Shown here piece by piece: positions 58,410 through 64,000 of a DNA stretch of 64,000 bases (positions are counted from its first letter, which is position 1; each line of letters begins with the position of its first letter). The position numbers were made by a program, and so were the translations under genes. A model generated the notes under the pieces. It saw only the letters and a list, made by a program, of their open reading frames with translations, searched no databases and was not told where the DNA came from. Source of the stretch: a virus; IMG/VR virus record IMGVR_UViG_3300010885_004110, positions 32,001 through 96,000 of that record; one strand, written 5' to 3'.

Positions 58410-59171
58410 ATGGCTGGATTAAGATCACTTTTACAATATACAAACACCATTGTTGGTGGAAGTAGTACCATTAACTATGACGAGATGGTAGTTTATAACA
58501 CCAACATTGACACAATGTCTAATGGTGGCAGATGCTGTTTATGGACCGTTCCCTCAGGTGTCACATGGGTATATGCAGAAATGTGGGGTGGCGGCGGCGC
58601 TGGCGCTGGTGCATGTTGCTGCTTTGGCGGCTGGCCAGGCGGCAGCGGATCATATTCTAGAAAAATTATTACCGGTCTAAGTGCCGGTGCTACACTTACA
58701 ATGTGTGCAGCTGGTTCTACTAGTTGCGTTGGAGTATGTTGCGGTGAAACTGGGTTTCCTAGCTATATCACAAATTCTGGTAGCACAACGTTAATCTGTG
58801 CTAGCGGCGGTAGTTATGGTGGAGCAAGATGTTTCTTCAACATTGGTTGCAGCTACAGTGGTTGCCAACAATATCAATGTGGCAGCTTTTGCGGAACATT
58901 TGGAATCTGTGGTGTTACTGGCAGTGCCAAAGGCAGCGCATATTGCTCGGGCAATAGCTATCAGTATATGCCATCTGCTCCATTCATGGGTCACAATAGA
59001 CCAACCAAAGATGGATGTTCTGGCTACTGTGGCGGATGCTGCGTAGGAGGTTATGCACACTTCCCAGGCGGTGGCGGAGCCAGTACACACTCGCACACTA
59101 ATCCAGGCGGCTATTGCGGCCAAAGTGGTGCCGGCGGACTAATACAGATATTCTGGGGCGCGGTTGTCTAA
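58410..59171 (+). CDS. Cys/Gly-rich adhesin-like protein 2
   Basis: GGRCCLWTVP...EMWGGGGAGAGACCC...FPGGGG...GAGGLI; ~22 Cys. Confidence 0.65.
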   Translation: MAGLRSLLQYTNTIVGGSSTINYDEMVVYNTNIDTMSNGGRCCLWTVPSGVTWVYAEMWGGGGAGAGACCCFGGWPGGSGSYSRKIITGLSAGATLTMCAAGSTSCVGVCCGETGFPSYITNSGSTTLICASGGSYGGARCFFNIGCSYSGCQQYQCGSFCGTFGICGVTGSAKGSAYCSGNSYQYMPSAPFMGHNRPTKDGCSGYCGGCCVGGYAHFPGGGGASTHSHTNPGGYCGQSGAGGLIQIFWGAVV

Positions 59172-59186
59172 AATGGAGAAAAATTA

Positions 59187-59930
59187 ATGCCAATAAGTTT
59201 AAAAAATTACGTCTACGGATTAGGCAGCGGTGCTGTTATTACCCCTGGTGAATTTACTGTATACAATACTAGTACAGATCAAGCATACAATGGTGGCAGA
59301 TGCTGTTTATGGACAGTGCCACAAAATATAACCAAAGCTGTATTTGAAATATGGAGTGGTGGCGGAAGTGGTGGCGGTGGCTGCTGCTGTATGCAAGGTG
59401 GCGGAGCCGGAAATGGCGGATATGCAGTTAAAACTTGTACTGTGACTGCTGGACAGACAATTCAAATCTGTGCAGCAGGTTCAATGTGCTGTGGCGATTA
59501 TTACACTGGAAATACTGGTTGTCCAAGTTGGGTTTGTGCAACTAGCGGAAGTACATGGTTAACCTGTGTTACTGGCGGTTATGGTACTGCTCGATGTGTA
59601 ACTTGCAACTACTTCGCAGGCTGCTATACCTGCTGCTCAAGTTGCTGGTGCTGTGGTGGTATTGCTACTAATGCTGATTACTTTATTCCAGGAACAAGCA
59701 TGACTGGACACAGTTCACAATACTGCTTTGATCAAGGCCATCAATATTCAGGAAATTCCTACGGAGTACCGGGTCCGAGACTTGGACCAAACGGTTGCTG
59801 TGCTCAAGGCGGCGGAACCCACTGCGGTATGTTCCCAGGCGGTGGTGGTCTAGCTGCTCAAGTCTACGGCGGCGGTTGTTGCTGTGGTGGATTCGGCGCA
59901 GGTGGTATGGTATATGTACTGTTTATGTAA
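59187..59930 (+). CDS. Cys/Gly-rich adhesin-like protein 3
   Basis: GGRCCLWTVP...EIWSGGGSGGGGCCC...FPGGGG...GAGGMV; ~27 Cys. Confidence 0.65.
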   Translation: MPISLKNYVYGLGSGAVITPGEFTVYNTSTDQAYNGGRCCLWTVPQNITKAVFEIWSGGGSGGGGCCCMQGGGAGNGGYAVKTCTVTAGQTIQICAAGSMCCGDYYTGNTGCPSWVCATSGSTWLTCVTGGYGTARCVTCNYFAGCYTCCSSCWCCGGIATNADYFIPGTSMTGHSSQYCFDQGHQYSGNSYGVPGPRLGPNGCCAQGGGTHCGMFPGGGGLAAQVYGGGCCCGGFGAGGMVYVLFM

Positions 59931-59943
59931 CTAGGAACCAATT

Positions 59944-60837
59944 ATGGAAAACGAAATTAGAGTACAATTTACATATGATATTGCTGATGATCAGTATCAT
60001 ACTACAAACAATTTAAAACAAACAGCTACAGCTGAATATGTAGGCCCTGCGAAACAATATTGGCAGATCGATGTTGTAACGGATCAATGGACAGGCGCCC
60101 ATATACCTTATGAATTACATCAAACCTATAACGAAAGATTAGATGATGGATATTATTCTGTAGAATTAGACTGCGCAACAAACCCGTTATTGTGTAGTCT
60201 TGCAGCTACTGGTTATCTTGATAGAGACAACTGGCCAACTTCCTCAGAAGAGATTCCAGAAAGCGATCCATATGTAAGAGATAATCCTGCTACTCCTGAT
60301 CATACATATGAGAAAAGTCAAATTTTTTACAATAAAGAAAAAGGCGAATTTAAACCATTAGAATGGAAACTATCCAGTCAAGACTGGGATGTTAGATTAA
60401 AGCATAGAGATAATCAACTTGCATTAGCCGACAAGAATCTATCAGAAGATTTGCCACAGGCGTTATACAACAAAATGGTAGAATATAAACAATACCTAAG
60501 AGATTTTACTACAATTTTTGGAGTATCTTGGTTTGTGACTATTGACAATGGTGGTAGTGGTTATGCAATCGGTGATAGATTAGCCATAAGTGATCCTCGT
60601 TTAAAAGACGGAGAAGCCACTGATGATGTAATGGTTACTGTTACAGCAGTTAATAATGGTAGTATCACTGCTGTTAAAACTTCAGGTAGCAGAGCATTTC
60701 ATATTAAAGAAGCAATTTCTATAAGAGATGTTTACTTTACTACTAATGGTAGTGGTGTAGGTGCAAGGTTTACTGCATCCAAAAATAAGTTAATTGATCC
60801 TTGGAAAATAACTCTAAAATCAAACCCCCTAGCTTGA
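59944..60837 (+). CDS. Tail-fibre assembly chaperone-like protein with an inserted fibre-type beta domain
   Basis: RLKHRDNQLALAD...EYKQYLRDF motif; paralog of 57754. Confidence 0.6.
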   Translation: MENEIRVQFTYDIADDQYHTTNNLKQTATAEYVGPAKQYWQIDVVTDQWTGAHIPYELHQTYNERLDDGYYSVELDCATNPLLCSLAATGYLDRDNWPTSSEEIPESDPYVRDNPATPDHTYEKSQIFYNKEKGEFKPLEWKLSSQDWDVRLKHRDNQLALADKNLSEDLPQALYNKMVEYKQYLRDFTTIFGVSWFVTIDNGGSGYAIGDRLAISDPRLKDGEATDDVMVTVTAVNNGSITAVKTSGSRAFHIKEAISIRDVYFTTNGSGVGARFTASKNKLIDPWKITLKSNPLA

Positions 60838-60853
60838 TTTTTAACTAACTAAC

Positions 60854-60884
60854 AAAAAAGCATCGTTTATCGATGCTTTTTTTT
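60854..60884 (+). terminator. Rho-independent terminator closing the fibre operon
   Basis: AAAAAAGCATCG-TTTAT-CGATGCTTTTTTTT. Confidence 0.88.
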
Positions 60885-60917
60885 GACTCAACTTTATTCT
60901 TGGTACAGACATACATT

Positions 60918-60925
60918 TATAAATA
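60918..60925 (+). promoter_or_regulatory. Exact T4 late promoter TATAAATA
   Basis: Between the terminator and AGGA RBS / ATG 60972. Confidence 0.68.
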
Positions 60926-60971
60926 TCCTGTAATCATTAAACTAGTGGTTAATTACTTAATAGGAATATAC

Positions 60972-61916
60972 ATGTCTAGAGACACAGCCTTTTTTATCAA
61001 CGGCGGCGCTGGCCGAGTTGTTTGCTCAATACCTGCATTAGAAAAATTTCAAGAAGAAAATCCCGACAATAACTTTATAATTGTGTGTGAAGGCGGTACT
61101 GATTTTTTCAAAGGACACCCTAAGCTACATGCCAAAACATACGATCATTGGCACAAGAACTTGTTTGAAGACAAATTAAAAGATATGGATATTGTAAGCC
61201 CGGAACCCTATAGAGTTTGGGAATATTATAATCAAAAAGCAAGTTTATCACAAGCATATGATATAGCTATTAATAATAAGGGTGTAAGAGAACTGTCTAG
61301 ACCAACTATTAAATTAAGCAAAGGCGAACAGCTTTCTGGTTTACAGGTAATCAATGAAGTAAAAGAAAAAACTAAAAAAGAAAAAATTATTGTTTTCCAA
61401 CCATTTGGCCGAGGCGTTTTTGAAGATAAAGGAATGGTAACAGATTTTAGTGGAAGAAGCTTTGAAGCGAGCAGTGTTGTTAATATTATCAAAGAATTGA
61501 ATAAAGATTACGGTATTATCTTTATGGGAGAACTCGCAATAGACTTCACAAAACACGGAATATCAACTCCAGTGGCTGTGCCTAAAAATACAGATTTAAG
61601 AACATGGGCTGCAATTATTGCTAAAGCTGATCATTTTTTAGGCTGTGATAGCGTGGGACAACATCTTGCCTACGCATTTAATAAGACTGCTACTATTGTA
61701 GTGGGCAGTACATTTGCAGAAAATGTATCGTATCCTAACTGTACAGATTTTACAATATTTGACATGGGAGAAGATGCTAGAGTGTATAGCCCTATTAGAA
61801 TTACCATAGATGAACTTGCAGACAGAACCAACGAAGGCGTTATGGTAATGAATGATAAAATTGAACAAGTTATAGTTGAAGATGTTTGCAAAAGAGTAGA
61901 AGGAACTGTAAAATAA
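60972..61916 (+). CDS. GT-B glycosyltransferase, GT9/heptosyltransferase-like
   Basis: INGGAGRVVCSIPAL, IIVFQPFG, LRTWAAIIAKADHFLGCDSVGQHLAYAF (DS-x-x-x-H motif). Start reassigned to MSRDT because the longer ORF begins inside the terminator. Confidence 0.7.
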   Translation: MSRDTAFFINGGAGRVVCSIPALEKFQEENPDNNFIIVCEGGTDFFKGHPKLHAKTYDHWHKNLFEDKLKDMDIVSPEPYRVWEYYNQKASLSQAYDIAINNKGVRELSRPTIKLSKGEQLSGLQVINEVKEKTKKEKIIVFQPFGRGVFEDKGMVTDFSGRSFEASSVVNIIKELNKDYGIIFMGELAIDFTKHGISTPVAVPKNTDLRTWAAIIAKADHFLGCDSVGQHLAYAFNKTATIVVGSTFAENVSYPNCTDFTIFDMGEDARVYSPIRITIDELADRTNEGVMVMNDKIEQVIVEDVCKRVEGTVK

Positions 61917-62821
61917 TGAAAAGACTGTTTACTTTTGGCTGTAGTTTTACAAGATACGGATGGCCTACATGGGCAGATTTTTTAGGGTTAGAAGTAGATT
62001 ATTTTGAAAACTGGGGGCAACACGGAGTCGGTAATGTTGCAATAGCAAACAGGGTAGCTGAATGCCATTCAAAAAACAAATTCACTAAAGATGATGTGGT
62101 TATAATACAATGGTCGTCACATATAAGGAATGATTTTCATAATTTTAGATCTGCACCAAAAGGTAGAAACTCAATGGGTTGGAAAACTAAAGGTAGTATT
62201 TTTAACTATTTCAATGAAGAAACATACGATAAAGATTGGCAAATGAAATTCTTTGATGAACGATCATATATCATGTATTCTTTAAATTCTATGGTACTTG
62301 TAAAGAATCTTTTAGATAACAGCGGATGTACTTATAGAATGACTAGTATTGGTGATTTTAGTAAACTAGGTAGTGATATGGAAACTCCAAACGGATATGC
62401 TGAAAACATCGGAGATGAAAAAGATCTTTGGACAGGACAAGGCTTGGCTCCTCTAAGAATTGGTAATACCCTTCAGACAATTGACTTTAATCACTATAAA
62501 CAATCAATTGGATTCGATGATTGGATTGAACCAATAGGTAGTTATGCATGGAAAAATCATGATAAACAATATACATGGAAAGATCCTAGAGATATTAAAT
62601 CATGGATGGATCCACACCCGTCAACTGAGAATCATGTTGGTTGGTTAGACAACGTGCTAAAACCTAGTTTAAAACTAGATGCTGTAGATACTATTAATAG
62701 AAAACTATGGTTGGATACAGTCCAACAGGTAAAACAAGAAATAAACGAATTAGATAAATTTGAAAGTGTTTTAGAAAACCGTCAATTACCAAATTGGCAA
62801 AATTATTATATAGGATATTAA
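61916..62821 (+). CDS. SGNH/GDSL-hydrolase-like protein
   Basis: FGCSFT (block I), NWGQHGVGN, VIIQWS, DPHPS (DxHP); ATG overlaps the upstream stop. Confidence 0.6.
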   Translation: MKRLFTFGCSFTRYGWPTWADFLGLEVDYFENWGQHGVGNVAIANRVAECHSKNKFTKDDVVIIQWSSHIRNDFHNFRSAPKGRNSMGWKTKGSIFNYFNEETYDKDWQMKFFDERSYIMYSLNSMVLVKNLLDNSGCTYRMTSIGDFSKLGSDMETPNGYAENIGDEKDLWTGQGLAPLRIGNTLQTIDFNHYKQSIGFDDWIEPIGSYAWKNHDKQYTWKDPRDIKSWMDPHPSTENHVGWLDNVLKPSLKLDAVDTINRKLWLDTVQQVKQEINELDKFESVLENRQLPNWQNYYIGY

Positions 62822-62823
62822 GA

Positions 62824-64000
62824 ATGAGCAATAAACCATTATGGATTGCAGGTATAGCAAGAGGACATAATGCAGGTGTGTGTCTATTAAAAGATGGAAA
62901 AGTTGTATTTTCTATCGAAGAAGAACGTCTAACACGTAGAAAGTACGACGGCGGACCATTAGCTAGTATGTTAAAAATATTGGAATATACTAACAAACTA
63001 GATTTTTTAGTTGTAGCACATACCCAAACACTGCAAGAAGTTGCTGGTAAATTAGAATACTCTGGAGAAGATGTTTATACAGGGCTTGCTAGAAAGTTGG
63101 GACTAATTGAAGAAAATCGTCAGCCTGGTCCTCACCCGCAGGTAATCGATATGGCCATGATACATCATAAGATGCATGCTGCTGCTGCATTTTATAGAAG
63201 TGGATTTGAAGATGCTGTTGCTGTAATTATTGACGGTGCTGGAACATTCTTTAATATGCGTATAAACGACGATCACTTGACTGCATGGGAAACTGAAAGT
63301 ATCTATCTGTGTGAGTATCCCGCTAGCATCAAAACATTGCATAAGACACTAGGCACACGAAATATGGTAGTAGCTGCCTACTTAAAAAATTGGGAAGCAG
63401 GCGATTGGGAACCCGGTGCTTCCTATGATATCTTGTTATCTGATCGTGCAGGTATTGTTAAGGCATATGAAGCAGTTACAGAGTATTGTGGATTTAGCTC
63501 AATTGAAGCTGGAAAAACCATGGGACTATTTCCTTACGGTAAGAAGAATGATGCAATTACAAATATAATTGATAAAAATGATTTGCCAGTACCAACAACA
63601 AATAGAAATTTAATAGTTCCAAGATATCCTAACGGTGCTGTGGTTAATTCTGCTATGTATGAGTTTTTAAATCAGCACAATGCCGATGATGTGACCTATC
63701 TTGAAAATAGAAGGGACCTAGCATATGCTATTCAGACACAGTCACAACAGGCAGCAGCTGATATTATCAAACATGCTGTAACAATATCTGGTTGCAATAA
63801 TGTAGTTATTAGTGGCGGATATGGTCTAAATTGTGTTGCTAACTATTTTTATCTAGATGAGCTTAAGGATCTAGGAATTAACATCTATGTTGAGCCAGTA
63901 TCAAATGATGCAGGCACAGCTATGGGAGCTGCGTATCTGTGGCATCATAACGTAACTAATGATATCACCGTAAGATCTCGTGCTGACGATGTGTATCTTG
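62824..64000 (+). CDS. O-carbamoyltransferase (NodU/CmcH/TobZ family), partial
   Basis: Not in the ORF track (runs off the right edge). GIARGHNAGVCLLKDG...EEERLTRRK, HHKMHAAAAFYRS, IIDGAG, GKTMGL, SGGYGLNCVAN, VEPVSNDAGTAMGAA. Confidence 0.88.
   Translation, partial: MSNKPLWIAGIARGHNAGVCLLKDGKVVFSIEEERLTRRKYDGGPLASMLKILEYTNKLDFLVVAHTQTLQEVAGKLEYSGEDVYTGLARKLGLIEENRQPGPHPQVIDMAMIHHKMHAAAAFYRSGFEDAVAVIIDGAGTFFNMRINDDHLTAWETESIYLCEYPASIKTLHKTLGTRNMVVAAYLKNWEAGDWEPGASYDILLSDRAGIVKAYEAVTEYCGFSSIEAGKTMGLFPYGKKNDAITNIIDKNDLPVPTTNRNLIVPRYPNGAVVNSAMYEFLNQHNADDVTYLENRRDLAYAIQTQSQQAAADIIKHAVTISGCNNVVISGGYGLNCVANYFYLDELKDLGINIYVEPVSNDAGTAMGAAYLWHHNVTNDITVRSRADDVYL

Noticed and set aside
56972-59930. Diversity-generating retroelement acting on the adhesins
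   Set aside because: No reverse transcriptase and no TR/VR pair differing only at adenines in the window.
60873-60971. N-terminal extension of the glycosyltransferase ORF
   Set aside because: Starts inside the terminator and spans the late promoter; the RBS supports ATG 60972.
1-64000. Stop-codon reassignment (alternative genetic code)
   Set aside because: Long intact ORFs in the standard code; TAA, TGA and TAG all end genes at sensible positions.

Overview
A 64-kb, AT-rich segment of a large T4-like (myovirus, probably jumbo) phage genome, mostly virion morphogenesis genes. The minus strand at 1-16.4 kb carries a baseplate cluster: a >2,377-aa wedge protein running off the left edge, then gp6-, gp25-, gp5-, hub-, gp53- and gp48/54-like genes. 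Next come a gp55 late sigma factor, gp47/gp46 (Mre11/Rad50), a small GIY-YIG nuclease followed by a ~500-nt highly structured non-coding region, and two putative internal head proteins. A gp26-like tail chaperone with an apparent -1 programmed frameshift sits divergently from a tape-measure protein carrying a GH19 domain. The head module (gp20, core protein, gp21, gp22, gp23) precedes a long fibre region with two giant paralogous proteins, three Cys/Gly-rich adhesin-like proteins and two fibre chaperones. The window ends in a glycosyltransferase / SGNH-like / carbamoyltransferase cluster. (A/T)TAAATA late-promoter boxes precede most structural units. Top leads: (1) five phycobiliprotein-like C-x-R-D helical domains in the giant fibre proteins, possibly binding bilins; (2) the large ornate RNA behind the GIY-YIG gene; (3) the lambda G/GT-type frameshift; (4) Cys-rich adhesins next to a late-expressed glycan-modification cluster. 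All calls come from manual motif reading; no database searches or folding programs were run.
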